From NCBI RefSeq assembly GCF_001194135.2, contig NC_068981.1, positions 82,591,395-82,655,394 on the forward strand: a stretch of 64,000 bases of DNA. The letters run 5' to 3'. Positions 12,200 to 25,819 of this stretch are shown here, piece after piece. The position numbers and the translations under genes are program-made. Every line of letters starts with the position of its first letter. Within the stretch, counting starts at the first letter, position 1. The DNA comes from Octopus bimaculoides (lineage: Eukaryota). Below the pieces are notes generated by a model, which searched no databases, was not told the origin of the DNA, and saw only the letters and a list, made by a program, of their open reading frames with translations.

Positions 12200-12715
12200 T
12201 ATATGTGCGTGTATGTATGCATGTATATACGTATGTATGTATGCGTGTACGTACGTACGTATGTATATATGCATATATGAATGTGTATATGTACGTGTAC
12301 ATATACACATGCGCTCGCATATTGAATTACAGGAAATCCTGTGGATTTAAAAATGAAATGTAAATTATTTTGTTAAATGTACGTTTCTATAATGTTGACC
12401 TCCAAAATTTTGAATTTACTTCATTTATGTATGTTTTAGTATTAGGTTGGCTAGTATCAACTTACTAGTTCAAGATTTATAGCAATTGGTTTCTTACCAT
12501 TAACCCTGACTGGCCGTTAAATGGACATGTATGCTTAGCTATATAGATACCAAGTTTGCTTTGCAGCCATGTCATTGGTGTTTGTCCCGCAGATTGGACA
12601 AAGACATTTCACTATAGCACTATGTTGCGAAATTCCTTATGTGACAAAGGTATAGTTGGTTGACGCTAACTATACGGCTACCCTTTAGGTACATACATAC
12701 ATACATACATACATG

Positions 12716-12771
<56 letters not shown>

Positions 12772-14081
12772 CATATATGTTTTGTGTGGGGGGCGTGGAA
12801 ATCAGTGTATTTCCTGTGCAGCATGTATGTATGTGTGTGTATTTTACATATGTCTATTGTTGAAATATGTACAAGTCACCAAAGAAACTGATAAATCTTT
12901 TTAAATCTCCAAGACTAATACCTTATGATATTTATTTTTGTTTGAGTTACATAGGCATTCCCTTATCAGTCTTGTGGCAGGAATTGCTGTGTGTCAATCA
13001 TAAACACTTTCGAAACACAAACCCAACGCCACATTCGTTCACAAATTTTATGATATAAAATCATAAATACATGAATCTATAAACGAATGGAATACTGCCT
13101 TGTATTCCACAGACTAAACGATGCCTTCTGGAAAATATCTTGAAAAGTGACACTGCAGTCTTATTTTCAATTCTTTCAAAGTTTCTCTCGTTATTCTTCT
13201 TCCTATAGCACAACTAATACACCCTGTGTTTTATATATGGTGTTTTCCCTAAAGGCAAGAAAACAGCTGCTTTATTTCGTTCATGTGTTATGACTATTTA
13301 TATTAGTTTCCATTATACTTTACCAGATATTTTCATACTTTCACAATAGATATTTTGATATAAGTTACTGCTTGCAGAACACAACTACTACTCGCTTACA
13401 GTATTCGTAGTATCTATATGTTTGTTTATAAGCTTTGGTCGTGTAATAAAGATAAAGTCATTAGTTTCCTTACTTACCTGTCTAGTCTTCCTAATAATGT
13501 TAACGTCCAACTGGGAATATTTTTTATTGTAACTTATCACTGTAGAAGCTAGGCTATTGACACCGAGTATCTTACTTTAGGTATTTAGATCTGTTTAACG
13601 TCTTAATATAATGCGTCAATTATCTTTCTAAAACCGCCATTTATCTGTGCGTGCAATGATGTCTTGCTCGTTTATTTTTCATTGTAAACCTGTGATTACT
13701 ATATTTCTCTTATTATTTTCCATTATCTAACATAACATAAAATGTGGTTTTAGTGACATTTTCCTCTTCTCAAGTTGATTTGGTACAGTTTTGTCAAACA
13801 TGAATTAATACTCGTTTCTGTATAGGATCCGTGCAATATATACAATAAGCATTTCAGCGGTTTGTCATCTGCTTTACAAAAACCATAATTATATTGATAT
13901 AGCATATCTATATATCTTGGTTCTTATACATTAGATTATGGTTTCTTGTCATACAGTAGGCTGTCTCTTTTTGCTGTTTGTTTCACAGAACGAGATGGAA
14001 AGAGGTCCGATACAACAACATTCACTGGTAGTGAACATCTCCAGCGTAGTACATTTCCAGCGTAAGAAGCTGTGCAAAGGC

Positions 14082-14109
14082 AATAATAATAATAATGATA
14101 ATAATAATG

Positions 14110-14146
<37 letters not shown>

Positions 14147-14330
14147 TAATAATGATAATAATAATAATAATATTAGTATTATTATTATTATTATGGTTGT
14201 TGTTGTTGCTGCTGTTGTTGTTATTGTTGCTGTTGTTGTTATTATTTGTAGCAATAGTAGTAGTTGTAATACAAGTGGTAGAAATAGTAGTAGTGGTCGT
14301 AGTTATAGTAGTAGCAGCAGTTACTTTTAG
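14082..14330. repeat. Compound (AAT)n/(ATT)n/(GTT)n/(AGT)n microsatellite
   Basis: Read directly; explains the poly-N, poly-I and poly-L ORFs. Confidence 0.95.
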
Positions 14331-15505
14331 TAGTCCTAGTGGTAGTAATAAGAGCAATAGTATCAACCTTATCAAATACTTTGCATGTTGACCTGAGCGG
14401 TCCTCACAGAGTTGCCACGAAAGCAATTTCACTTGGATTACAAAACCTTTTTTTCTTTGTGTTCTATTTGCTCTTTAATTTAATGTAGCTGCACTGTATT
14501 GCAGGATGGGATTTCTTTGTGAGTCTAGAGACGAGTTACATTTTCAAAACAACACAATCATCGAAATTATCGAAAATGTTAGATTAAACAGTAGCGTGTA
14601 AGCATTCATTAAATGTAGATGTAAATCAACTGTTACGTCGCTGATATTGCTACATACATTAATATTTTATAGTAAACACAGCGATGGCAACATCAAAAAA
14701 CGAGAGCATCGATAGTTATATATATGATCGAAGTACTACGCTTTGCGGGTCACAAAGTAATACGTACCAGCTTTTGAAAAGGGACAAAAAAGAAAAAAAA
14801 ATTGAAGCTGTAAGCGAAGTATTTCGAAGAATGAGTACCGTACCGCCATGATAATTTTGTGTAAGAAAGCGCAATGTGAGAGATGATGTATCCCCACTTT
14901 GAAAATAACAGTGATTGTTTCCTATATCTTAATGAATAGAAGTGGAGAACAAAGGAGCCTTGTTCAGTGTTGTGAAAGGATATACAAGTTTTTCAGAGGT
15001 GAACGGTATATGTAATCGTGTACTTAATGTTCAAGACTGAGAATAAGTTCAGGCTGCAGACAAAGCTTGTTTACTAGACAACTGCTCCATGGTTTGGGGA
15101 AAAGACAAAAATTATGGTGAATGTTGCTGGAAACGACGTTGAGTTTATTTTTATTTTTATTTATTTATTTTTTGCCATTTTCGGCTGGAAGATAGAGCTA
15201 CATATGTAGAAGTACCAATATCTTAGTGGTTTCCTGTCTAGAAAGAAAATAGCGAAAACAAAGTGGAATGTAGTGGAAGATAACAGTCGAGACAGAAGCA
15301 GAAGCAGGTTCAGGAAGTGTAAACAATAGCATGAAAGAGCATCACTGTTGCTACAGCCTAATTAATCGCACCTGCACTATCATTTAGTGCTTGTGATTCA
15401 TTGTGTGAAATTTTAGCTCAAGATACTTAGCGTTTGATGCACACCTGGCCAACAGAGGAATAGCAGCTGGAAACATGGTTACAAGTAGGGTGCATAGTCT
15501 CTCCT

Positions 15506-15890
15506 GTCGTGGCACTCCGTCGCTTACGACGGTGAGGGTTCCAGTTGATCCAATCAACAGAACAGCCGGATCGTGAAATTAGCGTGCAAGTGGCTGAGCA
15601 TTCCACAGAAACGTGTACCCTTAACGTAGTTCTCGGGGAGATTCAGCGGGCCACAGAGTGTGACAAGGCTGGTCCTTTGAAATACAGGTACAACAGAAAC
15701 AGAAAAAAAGAATGAGAGAAAGTTGTGGTGAAAGATAACAGCAGGGTTCGCCACCACCCTCTGCCGGAGCCTCGTGGAGCTTTAGGTATTTTCGCTCAAT
15801 AAACACTCACAACGCCCGGTCTGGGAATCGAAACCGTGATCCTACGACCGTGAGTCCGCTGCCCTAACCACTGGGCCATTGCGCCTCCAC
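15506..15890 (-). mobile_element. Full-length tRNA-derived SINE family C
   Basis: Minus-strand head GTGGAGGCGCAATGGCCCAGTGGTTAGGGCAGCGGACTCACGGTCGTAGGATCACGGTTTCGATTCCCAG has an A box (TGGCCCAGTGG) and a B box (GGTTTCGATTCC), followed by about 310 bp of body. Confidence 0.85.
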
Positions 15891-16399
15891 TCATCTCTTC
15901 TATAATATATAATAGGCAGAGAAGAACTTTCTCTTATTGCCTGAAGATCGTTCCTTTTTTTTCTGATGCGTTTTAGAGAAAACTGTGTCAGGATTTTTTT
16001 TTTCTAATGTGAAAGTATATTTACGGCCAACGCATCAAGGGTCAAGCTGAGTTATATTTACAAGCATGTACTCAGATTACCATAAGAGTAGATTATATAC
16101 TTTGAGCAGGTATTATCAATACATTTTTCATAACCTCGTCTTCTTGGCTCTAGCAATGCCCATGCTTAGCGCCTTACATCGTGGAATGCTGTGGTGCGTT
16201 CAGTGTCTGTCATTTTAGCAAAACAATCGGTAGTACATGAGCACTAGTATAATGTAGAACCTTAATAAATTAAGGGATCAAGTGACAGTCTGCTGGGGGA
16301 TTCTGTAGATATCTATAATGATCAAATAGTAAGTGGTTCTGGAGGGCTCTCGAGTCAGATTGTATGAATAACTTCTAGAAATCATGTACCTGAGAAGGC

Positions 16400-16950
16400 T
16401 GCCGTAGATGGAAAACAATATCGGTTCGGTTTAAGTTTTCCTTAAAACGTGCCAAATGTAAGCCAGGAAGTGCCTTACATCTGACATGCTCAAAATGCCT
16501 ATGATAGGATGAAGTCATTTTGAACATAGTCACATAGCCATCAATGTCTAAGTACCGATGATTCATGGAACTATGACAAACTGTGTTTGTCCGGGATATA
16601 ATCCAAGCTCACCGTCAGAGTTTCCGTCTCACATTCCTTTAGCACGGAAGTGCCCAGCATTTTGCTTAACGAAACTATCCTCCTGTCATTTATTTAGTGT
16701 TAGAAATTTGTTGCTGTTTGAAGATAAGTTGTGATCGCGCCTAGTATTGATCGGCTGTTATCTGAATATATTGTTAATATCACATCAGCGTCTTCCTTTC
16801 GAATGCAGAAGCAAGAAGTCTTCCTCTGCCTGAGGTTTTGGTTGTACGAAGTTTATAATTAACTTCCTGCATGGCTAGGATTAGACATCATCATTTCTCC
16901 CACCACTCCTTGAATAACTTTGCCAAAGATCGTTCGAAGCAGAATGTCAG
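16400..16950 (-). mobile_element. Highly decayed RTE-clade LINE remnant (RT C-terminal region)
   Basis: Minus-strand translation gives 'SVLKECETETLT' (compare LLYGCETWTL), then 'FHESSVLR' and 'HFEHVRC' (compare WFGHVxRM), in the order expected for RTE; many stops and frameshifts. Confidence 0.4.
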
Positions 16951-17173
16951 AGTGGTGAGAAAGAGGAGTGTTGCTTCCGAAGAAAAACTGTCAAATGAAA
17001 GTATCTAAACGGAATCTAGGAAGAGCGAGAATTCAGCATCGAAAGCAATCGGAGTCGTGGGAATCCGGATCATGCCTACTTATTGGTTTCAAAAGTTTTG
17101 ACAAATGTATTGTATGAATGTGTCTGAGCATGCTTTTCTTCATACATACCTAGATACACAGACACGTACGTAC

Positions 17174-17231
<58 letters not shown>

Positions 17232-17795
17232 NNNNNNNNNNNNNNNNNNNNNNNNNNNNNNNNNNNNNNNNNNNNNNNNNNNNNNNNNNNNNNNNNNNNN
17301 NNNNNNNNNNNNNNNNNNNNNNNNNNNNNNNNNNNNNNNNNNNNNNNNNNNNNNNNNNNNNNNNNNNNNNNNNNNNNNNNNNNNNNNNNNNNNNNNNNNN
17401 NNNNNNNNNNNNNNNNNNNNNNNNNNNNNNNNNNNNNNNNNNNNNNNNNNNNNNNNNNNNNNNNNNNNNNNNNNNNNNNNNNNNNNNNNNNNNNNNNNNN
17501 NNNNNNNNNNNNNNNNNNNNNNNNNNNNNNNNNNNNNNNNNNNNNNNNNNNNNNNNNNNNNNNNNNNNNNNNNNNNNATATATATATATATATAGCGGTT
17601 ATGAGCGATAGTCGTGTCAATTTGACCCAAAGGTTTCAGGTAATGCTGAGTAAGTGCTATGGATAGACCACAGTTAAGCTCCAAGTTCGGTGGTTATGCG
17701 AATAAGGGGTCCAACGTAGGTCATATATCAGCGTGTGAATATAAAGATTTACTTTTCGTAATGATATAAAAAAAACAAGGATGTGTATAATTTTG

Positions 17796-18115
17796 AACAT
17801 TCATAAATAGAACGTCTTACAGCTGTTTCCAGGATATACATTATATCCCTTCATCGGAGACTGTGTGAGAGGGTGAAGAAGCAATAGTTAGTTTAGTTAA
17901 GAAAGGAAATAGGGAGTGAATGTAGGGATATTGTATTTGTAAATCAATTATTTAGGCAGAATGGTAAACGTATAAGATTCCAATACCCAATGAGTAAAGT
18001 CCAACAGTCTTTGGAATTGACAACTATTGCTTAATCATCCTCTCACACGGTCACCGATGAAGGGATATAATAAATATCCTGGAAACAGCTGTAAGACATT
18101 CTATTTATAAATGTT
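17796..18115. mobile_element. Penelope-like fragment: about 95-bp inverted repeat pair, each arm holding a minimal hammerhead-like motif
   Basis: 17796-17889 is the inverse of 18022-18115, with 5 mismatches over the central 70 bp. Motif: CCGATGA AGGGATATA..ATATCCTG GAAA CAGCTG TA AGAC. Confidence 0.75.
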
Positions 18116-18616
18116 GTATATTATAGACAGCCTTGGTTTATTATCTCATTACAAAAAGTAAATCCTTATATATATATATGTGTGTGTGTATATCGTCCGG
18201 ACCTGCATAGCCGACCTGCCCAGATGGTCCAAGTGGTAGACAGTATGAAAAAAGTGGTGATAGACAAGATATTCTGGAATCTCTGAGCCGCGGCAATCAC
18301 ACTTCTACCGCATTACACCTATGAAAGTTATAGGCTGTGATGTATGAGGGGCTGATGATATATTAAGAAACTCAGATGAATAAAACTAACCTAGGGAGAG
18401 AAAGAAAGTAAGAGAGGGAGAGAGAGTGAGACAGGCAGATTGATAGATACATGTAGATAAGGACGAATAGATTACATTAGGTCGTTAAGTGATTGTACAT
18501 CGCACTGTATTACATTTTTGTCCTTCACTCCAATTTAGTATATATCTGTAGTTACATATCCTGTAACCGTTTAGTATTTTCTGTATGCTAGGCCCTTGTG
18601 ACCAATAATCAAACCT

Positions 18617-18618
<2 letters not shown>

Positions 18619-18705
<87 letters not shown>
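18619..18705. repeat. (ATT)n microsatellite
   Basis: Read directly. Confidence 0.95.
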
Positions 18706-19378
18706 TCTTCAGCAATCCTCTAATGTTGTGGTAATCCAAACACTGACACTCTGAGAATTTAGTCTGCTTTGTTTTGCAGAGAATTTGAGAAAACACCGAT
18801 TAAGATCTTGTTGAGAATGATTTTGCACCTGCATTCCTGCTGAAATAACTATTTAATTTGCTGCTAAAAGAGTTGTTTTAGAGAAGCTTCAGGTGGCTGA
18901 CTCAATTCACTCTTCTGATGTAAGAAAGCTGCTTTGAATTTTACTATGGTGTCTATGCGGTGTTAAAATTTGTCTCAACAGCTTTCATCCCTCATAGGTG
19001 AGTACACATATCTCTGAAATATGCGTTGCAAATGGGCTTTGAGATTGCTAGAAAAATCACATCTAGATTGTATCGCTACAGAATATTTCACATATTTTTA
19101 TGCATTTATTTTTATCAATTTTTTCCCCCTTCATAAGTATTCTTTCTTCGTAAAATACGACGAAGTGTCTTAGAAGAAGATTGCTGTAACAATGTTTGCA
19201 GGATAATACAGTTAATTGAAGTTTACGTGGCTATGTGCGAACGAATTTTGATGTGTAAATGTTCAAGTATGCATGTAATGTGTTAGCCACTGTGTGCAAG
19301 TCAGTCTGTACTAGGGAATTCGTTACAAAATGCACATTTATCTCAAGCATTTCTTTGCTTTAACATCTCAGTGCAGTA

Positions 19379-19491
<113 letters not shown>

Positions 19492-19532
19492 CATACACAC
19501 AACTAGAATTGTTGTATGTATCTATATATGTA

Positions 19533-19840
19533 TATTCTTTTATTCTTTTACTTGTTTCAGTCATTTGATTGTGGCGATGCTGGAACACCACCCTTAGTCG
19601 AAGTACTCCACTCCAGGACTTATTCTTTGTAAGCCTAGTACCTATAATATCGGTCTCTTTTGCCGAACCACTAAGTTTCGGGGACGAAAACACACCTATA
19701 TCAGTTGTCAAGCGATGGTGGCGGGGACAAACAGACACACACACACATATATACAACGGGCTTCTTTCAGTTTCCGTCCAACAAATCCACTCACAAGGTT
19801 TTGGTCGGTCCGATGCCATAGTAGAAGACGCTTACCCAAG
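19533..19840 (-). mobile_element. tRNA-derived SINE family A, head missing
   Basis: Colinear with 9268-9700. Confidence 0.88.
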
Positions 19841-21816
19841 AAACAGAAAATATCTTCTTCATTCAGCGAAAGGAAGGGATCTCTTAACATATGTAATGAC
19901 ATATGTGCATCTTTGTTTGAGAGTACATAAATACTTACGAAAGTTTATAGTGTATGTGTTTATGCACGGAAAATGTTAGTAGATATAATAAATATATACA
20001 AAATGAACCACAGGCAATTCCTGAATAGGTGACAAAGGGTGGAAAGATTCATGATTAAAATTGATTTTGAACTCAGATTTGATTGACCAATGTGCTCTTG
20101 AAAATATTGAAGGTGGCTGTGTAGTAGAGCGCGCAGAAACCTGATGCGATGAACTGCAGAGATGTTCCTTTTAAAACTGGCATCAATGGATCATTTGAAA
20201 ACAATAAAAGCATTCAATTAAGTCTACATTCGGCAACTGATGTCTACGCCAGGATGCAGGAGAGATTCCAGTGTTGCAAAATGAGGTGGTGACAGACGCA
20301 CTCATGAATGAAGAAAAGTCGGGGCTGTTTTATTTCTCTATCTGGTGGTGTTTGTCAACATGCAGAACAGCGGCGTTCTTATTTAGTCATTTCAGATGTT
20401 TAGGATGCGGTTCGAGCCAGATCTGATGGCAGGGTTACGTGCGTAGAAGGCCAGGCACTTTCACGAAGAAATCATTTGTGAGAACGTTATACGTGAAAGG
20501 CTGAGCAAAGATGATGATCGTTGATGGGTATTCGTATTACCGCATGACCACCGTAACTTGTATCTGCTTTAATCAGGTAGGAGTGTTTACGTTTCTGTTT
20601 CATGTGGAAGAGTCGAGTTCTCCTTGCAAAAAGCGTCGTCTGCTTTCAACAACCTATTTACAGAGGTCTCGAGTACCTTGGCAGAGAGAAGATTCGACCA
20701 TCATTTCTGAAGCTCGTATTCTCATCCTACGATGTTTTTGTGTCGTTTGTGTTCTGAGAGAAGTATAGACAAAGATTAGGCCTCTGATATCTGGAATATC
20801 CTCTGGTAATCGGAGCAATGCGATTAATTGAATTCATACTCTCGAAATATTTAGAATCATATAATGACAGGTTTCAGTGCCAAAGGATCTCGGGGTGTTA
20901 CTGAAATTTTGAATAAAACCATCTGATACATTCCTGTGAACTTTCGACTCATGGACTATACACAAGTTGCCAAAATACTTAGTTTCCAGTAATGCCAACG
21001 CTGAAATTAGCGAAATTTTGCTGAGAAATTGTTGATACATCGATTACTGAAGCACATTTGAAGTTTGAGTTGGAAAAAAGCAATAGAAAATAATTTACTG
21101 CGTACTCACATCAAAATCAAGTAATTACAGAAGGCAATTCAAATCAACAGTACCAAAGTTCTAAAATATTCCATGGCACAGCTGGGGTGTCATTTAGTAA
21201 GAGATCGAAATAACAGTTATTATATAGATCTATGAACAATTTGATACAAATATCGAATGCACTTGAATCTACTGTTAATGGTAAATTATTCACCAGTCTT
21301 CCAGCTATGAAATAAAATTGGATGCATGAAGAGTGAAGCAAATAATAAAGCTTAATTTTCTTGGCACTTAAAGATCTTTCTCTAAGGCAATTTTAGATAA
21401 ACGTATTTGCATGCGGATATATGCACACATATATACATATATACTTCTACAAACGCACTCATACAAATATGCAGACGCACATACGTATATGTAATGTATA
21501 ATCAATGTTGCTTTTCATATTTCCGGCTTAAGTAAATAAATCACTAATCAAATGATAAATTCGATTTAAGCGACTAAAACCACCCGCAAATATGTAGCCT
21601 TGTGCCTGTTAGAAATCAGATCTATTACTGGTTTCTGTTATTGGGTATCGTCTCCAATAATACGGCGAATATATATGTGTAATATCTATGCCTCACAGGT
21701 TTCTATTTTTCCAGATTTCGAAAAGATACCACGAATGTCGATATGTACACACACGCGCGCTCGACCTGTCTCTCCCTCCCTCCCTCTCAGTTTCATACAT
21801 ACATACGTACATATAT

Positions 21817-21869
<53 letters not shown>

Positions 21870-23430
21870 TGCATGGTAACTTGTGCTTCTCAATCACGTT
21901 TGTTCATGTTCAGTCCCAATGCTCATCACCTTAATCAGGAGTTAGTTCTATAGCCACTGACCGATTAATGCCAAGTGAAAAAGTGATAGACTTTGACAGC
22001 GGAAAAAGCCGGTCCTGTATTCATACATACATGCATACATGTCTGTGCATATACATATATATATGCATGTATGTAGTATGTCCATTGTTTTTTTTTTCTT
22101 GTCTATATACACTTCAGTTCGTCAGCTGTTTCAGCATTGCTGTCTAGTAACAGTGTCTTGCTCAATATTTCGGAATGGCGCACAGAATATGTAGTCCCAT
22201 GACGTCATCTCCTTCATTCTTTGAGAGTCAGTAACAATTATCATTCAGTATTAATTGTTTGTTAATTAATTTGAAAACAAATCCAAGTCAAATGTAAAGT
22301 TTTCGCGTAAGTTATTCTTTAGACTGCTCCTTATGTTGACGTCATTGAATTGTTTTTCTTACTTTATTTTATTGTTTTAATTATGCAAATTACGCTGACG
22401 CAAACAATTTCGTAACTTTTTTTTCTGCGTGCAAACACAAACGCCAATTAATTAATGCAATCTTTGTAAGATTATTCTGTATTGATGAGGTCTAGTAAGA
22501 TGGGAACATGCTCATAAACTATCCTTTTGCATGCAAACAAGGATTAGATTCTTCCTTATGAATGTATATGAATATAGATTATTTGGATTTTCTATCTGGT
22601 TTCCAAAATTCTTGATGTGGACTCATATGTTGAAACATAATTTGTTGTATCTCTGAAGAGCCATTTTGCAAGCAATTGACAAACGCGCTGGTTCTATTTT
22701 ACTCCTTTATTATTCCTCAATCGGCTATCTACTTAACCAATTAACCAATCGATTATTTGATGAATATTTCGGTTAATCAATGAATCTGCTATGTTTTTCA
22801 AAGTCCCTTTGCCGCCATTTGCGCTCTCTTCGATGAATATGCCCGCTCTACTGCGAAATGAATTATAAAGAATTCTTGGAATGATTACAATTTTTAACCT
22901 GAGTTTTGAATATAGGAGGGACATTTTAAAATTGACTAGGAATTTTTGGCTACGTCAGCCACTACGTCAGGTTATAATGTTTTTATCTAAATTTATGTCA
23001 CTGGCCCACGTGAGTTACTTAAGTTGGCTTATGATTTAACTATCTTCTAATCTGAAAATCTTTGAAAATCTCTGCATGACGTATTTTTAGAAGGGATTTA
23101 TTATTTTTTCTTTCTTTACTTTAGAAAAATGTTATCAATGTAAATTATGTGACTTGATCTCTGTCAAATTCCAAATTATATTTTGAATTCCGAAATTCTT
23201 TTCTCAGAAAATAATGTCAACTTATACCAAAGATTTTGCTTTTAATGCAATAAATTACGTTTTGAAATTCAAGGAACATATGTAGGATGTTTTAAATAGT
23301 TTTTTTCTAGGGAAAACATTTAACTTCGCCGATTAACATATTTTGATTTCTTTGTTCTCATGCCATCTAATTCTGTCGTCATTCCTGGTTTCCACTCCCA
23401 CTTCACCGCGCACGCACGCACACGTACGCG

Positions 23431-23495
<65 letters not shown>

Positions 23496-23911
23496 ACACG
23501 TCTGAGAACGAATGAAGGAAGCAAGAGAATTATATAGTAAGGCTTATATTTCGACATATGCATAGTTGTACACAAGGACAAAGAGTGCACATTTTACATA
23601 TCTCGCCAAAACAAATAACATATTCAATTTATTTCTTTTATATTTTATGGTCGATGTTAGCCTTCATCGGATGGCAGGACAAATCGATATATTGCTTCTA
23701 GCATAGAGGCAAGGCCTGAATTTCGTTAGAAGTGAACAAACGATTATATCGAACCACGTACATGACTGGTGCATCTTTATCAAACCAGAGCGGCACAAGT
23801 CAGAGCTGTCGGCGGCGTTTCATGCTCTAACGATTTTATCAAACAACTGCCCTCATGAAACCATATATTAATACCGGAAAATTAACTGAGATTCAATATT
23901 CAGGGCGCATT

Positions 23912-24215
23912 TCAAATCTTAGCTTTAAGAGTATTGCGAAAGGTCTTGTTGGAGGAATGTTGTCGTTTTCTAATCTTTTCACCACGTAGAATCATTGAGA
24001 TCTTCTCGGATGCGTAGTACAGGTGATTGAGATCTGTAATATCAACATCATTAGCTGAAATTATATCCTTAAGTGCAAGGCAGATTTTACCAATTACTTT
24101 CAGGTTTTGGCTAGAATTACGAATTTTTGGGAGAGTGTTACGTTCATTCATACTGGTTTCTTTAATTTTCAGCATTGATTTTTTTTTAGATCATCAAGTT
24201 CAGTTGGGTCAATTT
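23912..24215 (-). mobile_element. R4/Dong-like LINE fragment (region N-terminal to RT)
   Basis: ORF 'LPKIRNSSQNLKVIGKICLALKDIISANDVDITDLNHLYYASEKISMILRGEKIRK...LKAKI' resembles the 'I.ELN.L.YAAA...L..KI' pre-RT segment of R4-clade proteins. Confidence 0.6.
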
Positions 24216-24631
24216 CTGCTCAGATACCAGGAAATCCAAAAATGGAAGAAATTCAAAAAATAGTGCGCATGGGAACTGCCCATATCCTACGTAAAATATT
24301 GTCTATATAATCCCCAAAATATTTTAATCTGTAAACAGTGTCAAAATACTTTTAAATGTACATAACAGCAAGCACTCTTTACTGTCATCTTAACATCAGA
24401 TTACTTTTAAAACAAACTTCCAATTTACTTAATTTTTGACAGACATTCTCTAGAACAAATACTTTGTGCAAGACCAAATATATGGCACCCTAGTCATAAC
24501 ACCAACTTCAACTTCTAACTAGTTGTCTCTTGAAGTCTCTGGGTGAGACTTGAAGTCAACTTGTACAAATACAAAGTAAAAGCCAAACATATAATAATAA
24601 TAATAATAATAATAATATTAATAATAATAAT

Positions 24632-24669
<38 letters not shown>

Positions 24670-24684
24670 TAATAATAATAAATA
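24216..24684 (+). mobile_element. R4/Dong-like LINE 3' end with 3' UTR and (AAT)n tail
   Basis: 24221-24310 encodes QIPGNPKMEEIQKIVRMGTAHILRKILSI*, the QK..L.GTA.ILR C-terminal motif of RLE LINEs; tail at about 24589-24684. Confidence 0.85.
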
Positions 24685-24878
24685 AAAAAGAATATTCAGA
24701 CAAATACATAACAAAAACACCAGGACTTACAAATATATATAACACAGAAAATTGCACTACTGGGCACTGCAAACATCCTACGCAAAACACTTTCAATACA
24801 GCAAACCACAACACATACCCAAGGCACACAGAGCTGCGCTCGGTAGTGAAGTGAAAGCACGTTATAAAAATAAAACTA

Positions 24879-24952
<74 letters not shown>
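24685..24952 (+). mobile_element. Second R4/Dong-like LINE 3' end (different subfamily) with (AAT)n tail
   Basis: KYITKTPGLTNIYN/KIALLGTANILRKTLSIQ (one frameshift), short 3' UTR, tail at 24882-24952. Confidence 0.85.
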
Positions 24953-24955
<3 letters not shown>

Positions 24956-25425
24956 ATACTAATACGAACAGTAGCAACAATATACTGGCTGTTTTAATGC
25001 ATATTATCTTCTCCCTACACTCAAAAGTCCATCGCCGCTTCCTGTCTGTCAGTCTGGTTATCTTTCCTTCATTTCTTGTATGTTACTCTTTCACTCTTTT
25101 GTTTCTCTCATTTTCCCTCAAACATTCTCTACTCTTGATCTTAATTTACAATTAGCTTTAATTAACCTTTGCAGTTAATTTCTCATTTCACTCATTTCGA
25201 AATAAATCTCCTGAGATAAAACAGAAGACAATGGAAAGTGTTTATTTATTAAAAAGCTTTAAGCAGAAATTCGATGTTACGGTTGCTGACGCATTCTCAG
25301 TCAGGAACGTAACTAAACTGATTTCACTTAGATTAATTGCATTCTAAAATGACAGGTATTTAATAATTAATAGCTCTTCGATTTTCTTCTTTTCATTATT
25401 CTATCTATCTATCTATCTATCTATC

Positions 25426-25460
<35 letters not shown>

Positions 25461-25483
25461 GGAGAACCACTTTTCTTTCCCTC

Positions 25484-25514
<31 letters not shown>

Positions 25515-25736
25515 GCCCTCTCTCTCTCTATATATATATATACATTCATGCACACATACATACACGCAAATATACTCTATCTATGAAACTATCACTCTAA
25601 ATTCGTCTCACTCTCTTTGTCACACATACGCTCTTTGTTTCTCCTCGTATATATATATTTATATATATATAAGCATATTTCTGTCAGTCTGTTTGTGTGT
25701 GTCATCTGGCTGTCTCTCTTTCTGTACACACACGCG

Positions 25737-25819
<83 letters not shown>

